The notes under the pieces are model-generated. The model had not been told where the DNA came from and searched no databases. It was given only the letters and a program-made list of their open reading frames with translations. A stretch of 64,000 nt of DNA from Promethearchaeota archaeon (GTDB taxonomy: Archaea > Asgardarchaeota > Lokiarchaeia > Sigyniarchaeales > SOKP01), in NCBI GenBank assembly GCA_030599585.1, contig JAUVNS010000011.1:1-64000 (forward strand). Reading direction: 5' to 3'. This document shows positions 1 through 10,056 of the stretch, piece by piece; position 1 is the stretch's first letter; each line of letters starts with the position of its first letter. The translations under genes and the position numbers were made by a program.

Positions 1-28
1 CCTGACATATCTGGGTCTCTGGAAAATC

Positions 29-532
29 TTGGCAACGTTTAGAGACGATTATACAACATGGATCTATCACAAAATGAGCGAACACGAATATAATAGAATG
101 AGATATAAGAAACATGGTAAAGCCGAGCTATCCTTTAATGTCGGTAATGAGTTAAGAGAATTATATAAAAAATATAACATATTTTTAGAAACATTTAAAA
201 AAATTAAAAGCCCGATAGAACGCTGGTTTTATACCTGGGCTTGGGATAAAATTAATGGATTGGAGAGGCAATATCCAATCAGTAATCTGCATGTTGATTT
301 TGCAATTCCAGAGTTAAAAATCGCAATAGAGTGCGATGGAAAAATGACGCATTCGAATGTGGCGGATAGAAATAGAGATAATAAACGCGACGCTTTTTTA
401 AACTCTCAGGGTTGGCAGGTCCAAAGATTTACGGGAAACCAAATTTATAACGACGTAGAAGACTGCGTTAATAGAGTATTGAAAATAATCGAAAATAAGA
501 AAGCGGGTAATATTTATGCTAAAAAGTCCTAA
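29..532 (+). CDS. DUF559/Vsr-like endonuclease domain protein (may start upstream of window)
   Basis: VDFAIPELKIAIECDG..H..RDNKRDAFLNSQGWQVQRFT motif; reading frame is open back to base 2. Confidence 0.8.
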   Translation: MATFRDDYTTWIYHKMSEHEYNRMRYKKHGKAELSFNVGNELRELYKKYNIFLETFKKIKSPIERWFYTWAWDKINGLERQYPISNLHVDFAIPELKIAIECDGKMTHSNVADRNRDNKRDAFLNSQGWQVQRFTGNQIYNDVEDCVNRVLKIIENKKAGNIYAKKS

Positions 533-1544
533 AATATATAACCGATTAGACCAAATCAGGAAAATATTAAATTCAAAGCAAGTAATTCTTGCACGAAAAG
601 ATGGTTTGCCACTTCAATGGGAGGGGAATTGGTACTCTATTTTAGAATTAATTAACACAAGCTACCACGCAGCACTTATTAATAAAAATTACTCTAATTT
701 TTTTTCAGAAGATATCAAATATATTCTTATTGCCGGAAAGAAAGAACGCTCCATTATTCTACCCTTGAGAGTTGAAAAAGATTTTAGAATTAATGAGACA
801 TATAGGAAATCGGAATTAATAAAGGAGAAATCTCTTTTTTTGGTATTTTTAAGGATAGAAAATAATAGAGGGGAAAATTCCTTATTTTTTATTGAAGGAG
901 TAATAAGAAAAACAGATTTTGAAACATTTAATTTTAAAGATAATTACCCTCAAATCACAATTCTACATCGAATTTTTAATAAAAGAAAGGAACGTTTAGA
1001 CCAGATATTCTTCTCAAAGCCTAAGTACGAAGCTCCAGAATTAAAAATTATGTGTTCTTTTTTTCAAAATCACTATTCAAAATACATAACCTCTGAATTA
1101 AGCAATGTCTTACAAAGAATGGGTTTAGAATACACTAATCTGATATATGCATTTATTGCTCTTGACGGAGGATTTATTGTAGATAAAATTGTTAGAAATG
1201 AAAAAATAAATAACTCTGAGTTGAGGGAGTTTTCCAACGTAATTGATCGAATCCTTTCTTTAGCAAAACGAAACTACTTCTATTCAAGTAAAGAATCTTT
1301 CGATTATATGGTTATTAAATGCGTATCTTCTTGCTTTTTCGTATTTAGATTAGGATATGGCTTTTTCTTTATCGAAATTAGAAATCCAAAGCATTTGTCT
1401 AAATCAATAGTAAGAAAAGCAAAGTCTTTAGAGAATTATAAAAAAACCTTACAAATTTTAGCTAAAAAATTAGATTATTTGATAAAATATACAATGGTTA
1501 ATTATAGGTTTGATAAAAATGAGAGAACTGGAACGAATAGATAG
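516..1544 (+). CDS. Divergent tandem roadblock/LC7-domain protein (paralog of 17297..18325)
   Basis: VILARKDGLPL and YAFIALDGGFIV roadblock-like strands; shares KYILIxGxK and YAFIxxxGGFI with 17297..18325. Confidence 0.6.
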   Translation: MLKSPKIYNRLDQIRKILNSKQVILARKDGLPLQWEGNWYSILELINTSYHAALINKNYSNFFSEDIKYILIAGKKERSIILPLRVEKDFRINETYRKSELIKEKSLFLVFLRIENNRGENSLFFIEGVIRKTDFETFNFKDNYPQITILHRIFNKRKERLDQIFFSKPKYEAPELKIMCSFFQNHYSKYITSELSNVLQRMGLEYTNLIYAFIALDGGFIVDKIVRNEKINNSELREFSNVIDRILSLAKRNYFYSSKESFDYMVIKCVSSCFFVFRLGYGFFFIEIRNPKHLSKSIVRKAKSLENYKKTLQILAKKLDYLIKYTMVNYRFDKNERTGTNR

Positions 1545-1983
1545 GATATGTAAATTATTAAAGGAAAAGTGGAAAAAAGTTCCTGATCAGAGATTAGGTC
1601 AGTTTTTGATAAATTATATCTTTGGATCTAATCCACACCATCCGCGTCACGATAGCTATATTTTTTTTAAGGAAGATGATGAAATTGAAGAACAATTGAG
1701 ATTGTTATGGTGTAAAATAATGGATATAAACCCTAAATTAAGAAAAATTGTAGATAAGATTGCTACCGAAATCAAAAGGGTGCGTCAAGGTAAGTTTGAC
1801 ACATCTTATGCTGATATTATTAATTATATTCTTGGTCATGGTGATTTGGCTTTCAATCTTCAAGACGAAAAAGGTCTAAGGCGCGGTGAATTAATTGGAG
1901 GTCTTTCTAAGGAAGAATTTAGAAAGACTATTGAATGGTGTTATCAAAAGATGGGAAATTATGAAAATTATAGAAAAATGTGA
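1510..1983 (+). CDS. Phage-like hypothetical protein; N-terminal YihD/DUF1040-like region, possibly a fusion of two small genes
   Basis: MRELERIDRICKLLKEKWKKVPDQRLGQFL resembles the MRDxxRIxxxLxxxWxxxPDxRLGQ phage family; an unrelated segment starts at MDINPKL. Confidence 0.45.
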   Translation: MIKMRELERIDRICKLLKEKWKKVPDQRLGQFLINYIFGSNPHHPRHDSYIFFKEDDEIEEQLRLLWCKIMDINPKLRKIVDKIATEIKRVRQGKFDTSYADIINYILGHGDLAFNLQDEKGLRRGELIGGLSKEEFRKTIEWCYQKMGNYENYRKM

Positions 1984-1989
1984 ATTATT

Positions 1990-2505
1990 TTGATTTTTTT
2001 TACAGCTGATTTTCATTTAGCACACAAAAATATATTAAAATATTGTAATCGACCCTTTGCTAACGTTAAAGAAATGAATGCTGCAATACTAAATAATCTT
2101 GAAGATAAAGTGAAACAAGGAGACATATTGTATTTTCTTGGTGATTTGTCATTTAAAAAAGATACAGCTCTTATGTTTTTTAAGAAATTTACTGATATCG
2201 AGATTCATTTTATTATCGGAAATCACGACCATACTGATGTAATTAAATTGGCAGAGAAATTTTGCGATTCTGTATCTCGGTTAAAGGAGATTCAAATAGA
2301 AGACCAATTAATAATTTTGTGTCATTATGCAATGAGAGTATGGAATAAAAGTAATTACCAAGCATGGCAATTACACGGTCATTCTCACGGAATCCTCGTT
2401 CCTTTTAATTTTCAGTACGATATAGGTGTAGATAACAATAATTTTTATCCTGTATCATACCAAGAACTTCTCGCAATTACGAGCGTCAAAAAGAATAACA
2501 TTTAA
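1990..2505 (+). CDS. Calcineurin-like metallophosphoesterase (phage-type, COG4186-like)
   Basis: DFH, GD, GNHD, HYAM and HGHSH motifs; NILKYCNRPF signature. Confidence 0.88.
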   Translation: MIFFTADFHLAHKNILKYCNRPFANVKEMNAAILNNLEDKVKQGDILYFLGDLSFKKDTALMFFKKFTDIEIHFIIGNHDHTDVIKLAEKFCDSVSRLKEIQIEDQLIILCHYAMRVWNKSNYQAWQLHGHSHGILVPFNFQYDIGVDNNNFYPVSYQELLAITSVKKNNI

Positions 2506-2703
2506 TTATAAAGAATTAAAAATCTTTATGGGTTCATGAAGACTATTTCTATGGGTATTAGGACGAAAGCTTACAATATTTTTTAAGGTATATTAAAATA
2601 AGGGAAATTATGCTTATTTACCATGAAATGTTTTAACTTTATAATTTAAATACTTAATTATCCTTATAAAAATTAGTAAAGATTATGAATTAGGAAATTT
2701 AAT

Positions 2704-3309
2704 ATGAGTTACCTTTTAGGAAAAGAAAAGGATAATAAATAAGGCAAAAGAAGATACTATAAAGCACTAAACTTACTCTTTAAATTAGAAGCAAGATCAA
2801 TTATAAGTCTAGGTGTTAATACTGAAGATTTTAAACTTTTAACTAAAACAATAAGGAAATTTAAAATAATCTGTAAGAAAAAGGATATAGATAATTATTG
2901 TAAGGAAGAATCATGCAAATATTTTAAAGACTTAAATATTTATAAAATATTCAGACAGTTCCTTTCTAATGATAGAAAAAGATTAGAGAATAATAAATTA
3001 GACATTTTAAATAACTTTAAGGGGCAAATTTTTCCTTTAATTTACAGGTCCTCTGAAAAAGATTATCTAAATAAAGTTTTTGATATATTTGAAAATTTAT
3101 TGTCATTCAATACTGATACGGAATTACGAGAATTTATAGATGACCGGCAGAATTATTACAATTTAATATACTACTATCCAAAATTTAAAAAATTTCCAAA
3201 AGATAATTATTATTCGTTAATCCTCATATTATTTTTAGAATTTATAAGGATCAAAGCTCGTGAAACAGATGTTCTTAATACAGTTAGAAGATTATTAGGA
3301 ATAAATTAA
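2704..3309 (+). pseudogene. Hypothetical gene with a single in-frame TAA at 2740-2742
   Basis: ATG at 2704, TAA at codon 13, then the same frame is open to 3309 (includes track ORF 3100..3309). Confidence 0.55.
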
Positions 3310-3432
3310 TTGCATTCCATATTCTATTAAATTATATCTTTCAAAAATGTAATCATTGCGTAGTGAAATGAGATATATCACTATTTTTAGTTTTGGAAGT
3401 ATTGTTTATATTTAGGCGGCCTTACCCTTCTC

Positions 3433-5298
3433 TTATTTATCAGCTAGTATTTTGTCAATTCGCGATGGATCCCAAATATATTCACAAATTTTACGATATA
3501 ACTTTTGTCTAATATCTAAATCTAGCTTTTTGAATTGAGGATGTGCCCTAAATGGTATAGCGTTTCTGTTCTTAAACTTAAGAAATGAAGGATTTCTTTC
3601 ATAACATCGTTCATGGAGCGATTTTGCTAGTAAATTCTGGCTAAAATAATGAACCAGTTTATTTTTATATGGATCCTTCCCATAGCTTTGGTTGAAACTT
3701 TTTGGTAATAATAAAAGACCACCTAATCGATCTCTATATTCTTCAAATTCTCTTTCATTTGAGAAATCATCTTTATATCGTTCATATTTATTAGCCCAAA
3801 TATGTTCTATTTCAAATGGATCTTTAATTTTATATGAGATGTAATCTTTAAAATTAGATATTAAACCAGTCTCTTTTTCAATACAATATGTAATTCTCGC
3901 TAATAAATAGCGGACTTTAAATTTATTGCGATTCCGAAGTGAGAAATTTAAGATTTCATCAAAATTTTCATCCATATCATCAATTTTTTTCTTGATTTCA
4001 TCAGCTAATTCAATTAGACTCAAATCCCTTATCTCTTTCATTAGATTAAACATTGTATACTTTATAGAAGAATATGCTAAAGTCCGCCTATTTGCCATTC
4101 TCCTTGCAATTAGAATATCAATATAGGCAGAAACGATCTGAATCTTTTTCTCTATTGTTTCTATGTCATCTGTAAGTTTGATTGATGCTAATATTAAAGG
4201 ATATTGTAGAGTAAAATGATTTAAAGCATTATAATAAATAAATTCATATTTTTCTCTAAAAATTTCTGCATAATTCCGAAGATCTAAATAAATCTGCGAG
4301 AACTTATCAAAATTTTTCATAATGAATTCTTTATAATTATTACTCTTTTTTAAACCCCATTTTCCATCATTTTCTCTAACCCATTTATGGGATTCTGATG
4401 CGATTCTTTCAAAATCTTTATTAGTCTCTCCTTTTTTTCCAATACGTATAGTCTGAGCATATTTTGCTCGAAACCATGCATGGAAAAATTTTAAATCACT
4501 ATCTTTATTGTCTAATTCTTTTAACTTCTGAATCCTTCTCTTCCAAAATTTGTTAGATTCCTCTCTGTCTTTCTCATTATCTATTTTAGTTAACAAATAA
4601 CCCTTCAACATTTCTGTTTGATTTAATCTTAAACCTCTATCATTCGTTGTTTCAAAAATTGTATAAGCTTCATCTTTTGAATAAGTCATTATTTGAACGA
4701 TCTCAACTTTACCTAAATACCAGTCAATAAAATATGGTAATGACTCGTCTTTTCTAGAGTCAGGAAATAATTTTTCAATATCATGGTACCTATCTATTAT
4801 ATTTTTTACAGATTCAGATTTACCAATAGGATCATAATCTCGATTGTGATATAAGGCGGCTATACACCCCTCCCAATCTGGATCATAAGGATCTTTAATA
4901 TTGTATGATTTATCACCAAATGCTACTGAATAAATCAATCGTTTTATATCAACTTTATCATCCTCAACAATCCCTAACTCATTTTGTAAATTTCTTAAAT
5001 ATATTAACAATAACGTGAAAGATGTTAAGCGTTGTTGCCCATCAATTATATAATTAATTCCTCCTTCTTTTGTTAATATAATAGTTCCTAAGAAATAGCG
5101 TCCATAGTTCTCCACATTTTTTCTTTCATGAGTTTTATCATAATAAAGTTCAAAATTAGAGTCTAAATCATCTATAAGCTCTTGAATATGATCCTCCTCC
5201 CATTTATATCCTCTTTGATAATAATCAATTGAATACTTACCATCACTTAATAATTGTTTAATAGTTTTAGTTTTTGGGTTAATCTCTGGTTCAATCAT
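3433..5298 (-). CDS. GmrSD-family type IV (modification-dependent) restriction endonuclease, DUF262 + DUF1524 HNH
   Basis: YQRGYKW, IIDGQQRLTS and FETTNDRG (DUF262); IEHIW and LGGLLLLPKSFNQS (DUF1524). Confidence 0.92.
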   Translation of the reverse strand: MIEPEINPKTKTIKQLLSDGKYSIDYYQRGYKWEEDHIQELIDDLDSNFELYYDKTHERKNVENYGRYFLGTIILTKEGGINYIIDGQQRLTSFTLLLIYLRNLQNELGIVEDDKVDIKRLIYSVAFGDKSYNIKDPYDPDWEGCIAALYHNRDYDPIGKSESVKNIIDRYHDIEKLFPDSRKDESLPYFIDWYLGKVEIVQIMTYSKDEAYTIFETTNDRGLRLNQTEMLKGYLLTKIDNEKDREESNKFWKRRIQKLKELDNKDSDLKFFHAWFRAKYAQTIRIGKKGETNKDFERIASESHKWVRENDGKWGLKKSNNYKEFIMKNFDKFSQIYLDLRNYAEIFREKYEFIYYNALNHFTLQYPLILASIKLTDDIETIEKKIQIVSAYIDILIARRMANRRTLAYSSIKYTMFNLMKEIRDLSLIELADEIKKKIDDMDENFDEILNFSLRNRNKFKVRYLLARITYCIEKETGLISNFKDYISYKIKDPFEIEHIWANKYERYKDDFSNEREFEEYRDRLGGLLLLPKSFNQSYGKDPYKNKLVHYFSQNLLAKSLHERCYERNPSFLKFKNRNAIPFRAHPQFKKLDLDIRQKLYRKICEYIWDPSRIDKILADK

Positions 5299-5495
5299 TT
5301 TAATCTACTAAATCATATAATTTAAACAATATAACTTTAATTCTCTTTTATATAATGATTAGAGAATTGATTTTTATATATTGATATTACTCTTAAGAAC
5401 CTATGAAAAGAATTAATAATTACTCTATTGCCAGTATAAACTAAACCTTGCTTAAAATCACCACATATAGATAAGAAGTAATAGAACGGATATTA

Positions 5496-5783
5496 TTAAA
5501 ACCAAGTTCCTTTTTTTTTGATTGATTCTATTATTTTAAAATTTTTCTTTTCTTTTAGTTCTATAATATCACCTTCAGGAGTTACTCTCCAAATTTTTCT
5601 CCCTCTTTGAATAAGTACTTTTTTATTATTATCTCTTGCCCATCCTTTAGCCCCTCCATCTTCAAATACATATTTTGACCCATAATAAAAAGTTCCCCCA
5701 TATTTGTTCTTAATCGACCCTTTTCCTTCATCTTCAAACCAGATAATAAATTTTTTATCAGAACTCTCTTTAAATTCTTTAAT
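5496..5783 (-). CDS. Small hypothetical protein (95 aa) missed by the ORF track; probable ATT start
   Basis: Open frame (I/M)KEFKESSDKKFIIWFEDEGKG...KKKGTWF*, preceded by a GGTGA SD-like motif 6 nt upstream of ATT. Confidence 0.5.
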   Translation of the reverse strand: MKEFKESSDKKFIIWFEDEGKGSIKNKYGGTFYYGSKYVFEDGGAKGWARDNNKKVLIQRGRKIWRVTPEGDIIELKEKKNFKIIESIKKKGTWF

Positions 5784-6015
5784 TTTTTCTCACCGTTCTT
5801 ATAAAAACATAACTTAATTGAATATTTAAGGGTAGTTGATTTTTATATTCAACTTAATTAGTCATCACTGAATTACCTTCTATTTATCATTTTTATTTAT
5901 ATGAATTCAAAAAAGATGTTGATAAAAATAAGGAAATCAAAGTTTCTCATTAGTATCAATAACAATTGCCATGCTACTAATTTATATTTGGGAAAATCTA
6001 AATTACGTGTTTAAA

Positions 6016-6582
6016 TTATAATTTAGGAAGGAGTTTTGGAATACCTTTTAATAATCTCTGATATATTTCAAAGAAAGCTTCTGCCTCTTGATTGATATAT
6101 TTTAAAAGATTCTCCCAATCTTCATCTTTAATGTAATTTCTCGCTAACAATCCATCTGTCCTCTTTTTAGAGAATTTATCAAAAGAAGATCCTATAAATT
6201 CACCTTTATTTGCCATTACCAGTATAGTTTTCAATTCCATTCTCGGAATCTTGTGAAAAAGAAAATTATATGGAATCTTAATATTTAATAGTTCTTTACT
6301 ACGATTCTTTATAATGATTAGATCATAGTCTAAATTAACACCTGCGGGGATAAAATCCCATATTCTACGAGGATCTTCCTTCCATCCTGTTATAATTAAA
6401 AATTCCTCGAGAATATCTTTTTCAGAAGATTCCCAGCTCTTTAATATCGTTATTGGTTTTTTTAGTTTTCCTGAATCGTCATAAAAAGGACAATATTGAA
6501 TGGTGGCAATTTTATCTTTTAAAGGATCAACGCCATCTCTTCCTTCTGTATTAGTTTCTATATCTAAATAATAATTTGGCAT
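6016..6582 (-). CDS. DnaQ/RNase H-like (DEDD) 3'-5' exonuclease
   Basis: YYLDIETN (Exo I), GVNLDYDL (Exo II), KYINQE (Exo III-like). Confidence 0.75.
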   Translation of the reverse strand: MPNYYLDIETNTEGRDGVDPLKDKIATIQYCPFYDDSGKLKKPITILKSWESSEKDILEEFLIITGWKEDPRRIWDFIPAGVNLDYDLIIIKNRSKELLNIKIPYNFLFHKIPRMELKTILVMANKGEFIGSSFDKFSKKRTDGLLARNYIKDEDWENLLKYINQEAEAFFEIYQRLLKGIPKLLPKL

Positions 6583-6769
6583 ACTTTATCATTTTTTATT
6601 TTTAGTTTATTTACTCTGATACCTCTGTTAAAATATAAAAATAAATACTGTCTAGTAATTTTCTATTAATTCTTACTGATAAAAATTTAATTTTAATGTT
6701 CCTTTACTTCTAAATACCCATATCTTACATAAGGATCATTTTCATTAAGTAATTTAACACTATATCTAT

Positions 6770-6835
6770 GTGAAAATATAACTATATTCTCGTGAAAATA
6801 TGACTATAAATTCGTGAATATATAACTATATTTTT
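6770..6835 (+). repeat. Three tandem 22-bp iteron-like repeats (GTGAAAATATAACTATATT core)
   Basis: gtgaaaatataactatattctc / gtgaaaatatgactataaattc / gtgaatatataactatattttt in an AT-rich intergenic region. Confidence 0.8.
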
Positions 6836-7506
6836 TTTTAGGTATTACACTATTTTTAGTATTCAAATGAATTAATTCTTATAATATGTATTTATGACAC
6901 TCACATTTAATATAAAGAGGAATAATATCAAAATTTAAACCAGATTTTAGTATAATTACCTGACTATATATTTTATCTTAATAAGATTTCTTCTAAGTAT
7001 TCATTGATGGCTGCATTAACCAGTCTAATCCAAAATATCTCGTAAGTTATAGATTTTAACTCCCTAAATTCGTTCTATAAGTGATTTTTGAACATTTTTG
7101 ATTAGCTTGGCTCATCCCTTCCAATAATTATTCTATTCGGAAATTGCTATGCAACATCTTCTAAATGAGTAATTAATGAATTTAAGGATAAAACACCTTA
7201 GAGGATCAAACTTCTAAGGATAAAAACGACTCAAATATTGATTTCAACACAAGGTGATTAAAATAAGAGATAAGTACTTTTTGGAGTTTTTTTTCTTTAT
7301 AAATTTTCAATAAGAATATGATCTAAATCCGAATGATATCAGATTGTTATTAAAATTGAAGGTAAGAAATTACTTAGAATTACTATCTAATGTGTTTATT
7401 TAGGAAATGTTCCATCCTCTTTATGAAAATATCTCTACTGGCAGGATTACGCCATTCATCTCCAGAGAAAAGTTCATTAGAAAAGGATTTTAGACAAATA
7501 GGACTA

Positions 7507-10056
7507 CTATTTGATTTTGTCAAAGTAAATATTTTGAATTTCTTCGATTTTATCTATTACATCAATAAAAATATTACTATTTATTAAATATCCGTCCTTA
7601 CTAATTGATTTAATATATTCTTGCATTCTTCTTTTACCAATTTCATAAAAGAGTGTTTTTAAAGAATATAATGCTTTTTGGATATTATCATTTAAATTCG
7701 GACGATATTCATTTTTATACCACCAAAATTTCTTGTTTTCAAGGATAGTAATAGCCGTTTTTAATAAAAATTCAGTCCGTGTGATATTAATTTTTAGTCG
7801 GTTAATATAATCACGATAAATCTTTTGGAAAAGATTTACTGCATCTTTGTATAATTTTTCTTTATTCTTTTCAAATCTTTTTTCTAAAATCTCTTCAAGG
7901 GTTCTATAAAACACCATTCCAATAAGATCGCTAGATAATTTCTCTTGGTTGGTTATAATTGTTGAAGTTTGCAGTCTTCTATGATGTCTAAGGGGTATTG
8001 TAACCTCGTAAATTTTCTTATTAAAAATATATTTGTTGATTATTGCCCAATTAAAATCGCTCCTTCTATGTACTAATTTTTTATTATCCTTAGATATATT
8101 TGCAATAAAATTTGGAATTTTAAGCATCTCAAGGTCATAAATAATTGTGTTTCCACCTCTATAAATTGATTCACCAATAATTGCACCCCAAGAATGATTC
8201 CTTAGTATTATAGGGCGAAAAACATTGGTTCCCTTACTTATTAATGAAATATCTTTAAGAAATACTTTAAATGCTTCAAAATTAGTATTACATTCTTCTT
8301 CAATTGGATACCACCAAAAAGGGCACTCAAGATGCTCATAGTGTTCACTTGATAAATCATAATAGAAATCTCGATTATTCTCAATAAAGGAGAGGTTATG
8401 ACGAATATTTCTATCAAATAACTTTTCGGGATTCTGACTCATAAACCATTTCAAGTTAAAAACTAAATCTAAAATTTGAGTTCGAAGAGAACTCAGAAAT
8501 GGCAGTGGAGGGGCATCAGTCACAGTTCCAAGAATAACATCAATTTTTTTATCATTATCCTTAAAATAAGATATTAGAGAGAGAAAATCTTGATTATGGA
8601 TTATCGTTTTACCATCTACATCGTCATAACTTAGATTATTAAACATATTGTCATCATCAATTATCCACGCAACGCAATTACTATTGAAAAACTCATTACT
8701 TCGATTGTAAACAATCCATTGTAAAAGAGAACGACTGAAAGCAATGGATTTTTTATTTATTTTTTCTTCTTCAAAAAAACAATGAAATGGATATGTTTTA
8801 TATATTTTTTTTTGCTGTTCTATCTCTATTAATTCTATTTTTATGCCTTTTTTATTCATAAAATAAGATATAATTGGTCTAATTTTGTATTCATTATCTG
8901 TATTTTCTAAAATTATAATCCTATAATCGTTCAGTAATTCCTTATTTGAAATATTATTAAAACTCTTAAGAAATTCTTTCAGCGTTTTTAATTCTGAAGA
9001 TATTACCCCTATTATTAAATTAAAAGGTTTGCCCTTAAATTCGTTGGATTCATAGAAGTTTTTAGGCTTTTGTTCTATCTCAACATAATCGTAATTAAAC
9101 AAATCTTTAGCTCTTTGAAGAGAGAGCTTTTTTACATCATCTGCCATTAGATGGATATATTTCCTATAAAAAAAATCTAATCCCATTTTTTTATTTTTAT
9201 ATATTGCTGTTATCCGATTTTCACTCTCAGCATGATGTATTACTAGAGGTTCTGCTATGAATTTGAATTTCGAATATTCAAGAGTATTTTTTAATTCAAT
9301 TAATCTTATAGCAACATCTCTATCCGTTGTACTCTTTAAACTCTCGTCAAAGCACCCTAACTTTAAAAATTCCCTTAATCGTATAAAAATATTTGAGCCT
9401 TGAAATCCTGGGTTACCAATATAAATATTATTTATCTTGAAATTATTTTCATTAATTTTCAGTAAAACATCTCTTTCTTTTTCTCGCCGATTAATGCAGG
9501 TGATAACTGCTAGAACAAACTCTTTGTTTGATTCTTTATTTTCTATTTTAGTTTCATCAAGACATCTCTTTAAATAATGCTCATTCCACTCATCATCATC
9601 ATCAAGAATTGCAATATAGTTATTTTTTCCATACCTAACTGATTGGTATATCGCAGTATTCCAAGCCCCAGTACCTGAATTTCCCTGAGTTCTTTTATTG
9701 GGTAAAACTGTCGTATGAAAATACCATTTTGGAACTGCCTCATCATTAAATATTTTTTTCAAAAATTCTTTTCTAAAGTTAAATACTCTCCATTTAATAT
9801 TATGATATTCTGTGGAGTAATAATCAGAACTATCCTTCTTTACATTATCATCAATAATAAAAATCTCTGTAGGATTTACATTCTTTTGCTGATAGACAGA
9901 ACGTAAAGACCTTTCAATTAATAAATCTGTTCTTTTCATAGATGTAGCAATTATAACAATAATTGGATCATAATATTGTTCTAAATTAATCCACCTCGAG
10001 AAGGAAAATAAGAAAATCTGAATAGAAAAGGTTTGGATTATCAAGATTTTCACCAA
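7507..10056 (-). CDS. Large glycosyltransferase: N-terminal GT2 (GT-A) domain plus a second GT-A-like domain; true start probably near 9990
   Basis: IIATSMKR..IIDDN..AWNTAI..ILDDDDEW..FDESLKSTTDRD (GT2); second DxD-type motif WIIDDDNMF and GGN/RRSD in the C-terminal half. Confidence 0.8.
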   Translation of the reverse strand: MVKILIIQTFSIQIFLFSFSRWINLEQYYDPIIVIIATSMKRTDLLIERSLRSVYQQKNVNPTEIFIIDDNVKKDSSDYYSTEYHNIKWRVFNFRKEFLKKIFNDEAVPKWYFHTTVLPNKRTQGNSGTGAWNTAIYQSVRYGKNNYIAILDDDDEWNEHYLKRCLDETKIENKESNKEFVLAVITCINRREKERDVLLKINENNFKINNIYIGNPGFQGSNIFIRLREFLKLGCFDESLKSTTDRDVAIRLIELKNTLEYSKFKFIAEPLVIHHAESENRITAIYKNKKMGLDFFYRKYIHLMADDVKKLSLQRAKDLFNYDYVEIEQKPKNFYESNEFKGKPFNLIIGVISSELKTLKEFLKSFNNISNKELLNDYRIIILENTDNEYKIRPIISYFMNKKGIKIELIEIEQQKKIYKTYPFHCFFEEEKINKKSIAFSRSLLQWIVYNRSNEFFNSNCVAWIIDDDNMFNNLSYDDVDGKTIIHNQDFLSLISYFKDNDKKIDVILGTVTDAPPLPFLSSLRTQILDLVFNLKWFMSQNPEKLFDRNIRHNLSFIENNRDFYYDLSSEHYEHLECPFWWYPIEEECNTNFEAFKVFLKDISLISKGTNVFRPIILRNHSWGAIIGESIYRGGNTIIYDLEMLKIPNFIANISKDNKKLVHRRSDFNWAIINKYIFNKKIYEVTIPLRHHRRLQTSTIITNQEKLSSDLIGMVFYRTLEEILEKRFEKNKEKLYKDAVNLFQKIYRDYINRLKINITRTEFLLKTAITILENKKFWWYKNEYRPNLNDNIQKALYSLKTLFYEIGKRRMQEYIKSISKDGYLINSNIFIDVIDKIEEIQNIYFDKIK

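Noticed and set aside
6770-6835. CRISPR array
   Set aside because: The repeats are directly adjacent with no spacers; no CRISPR array was seen anywhere in the window.
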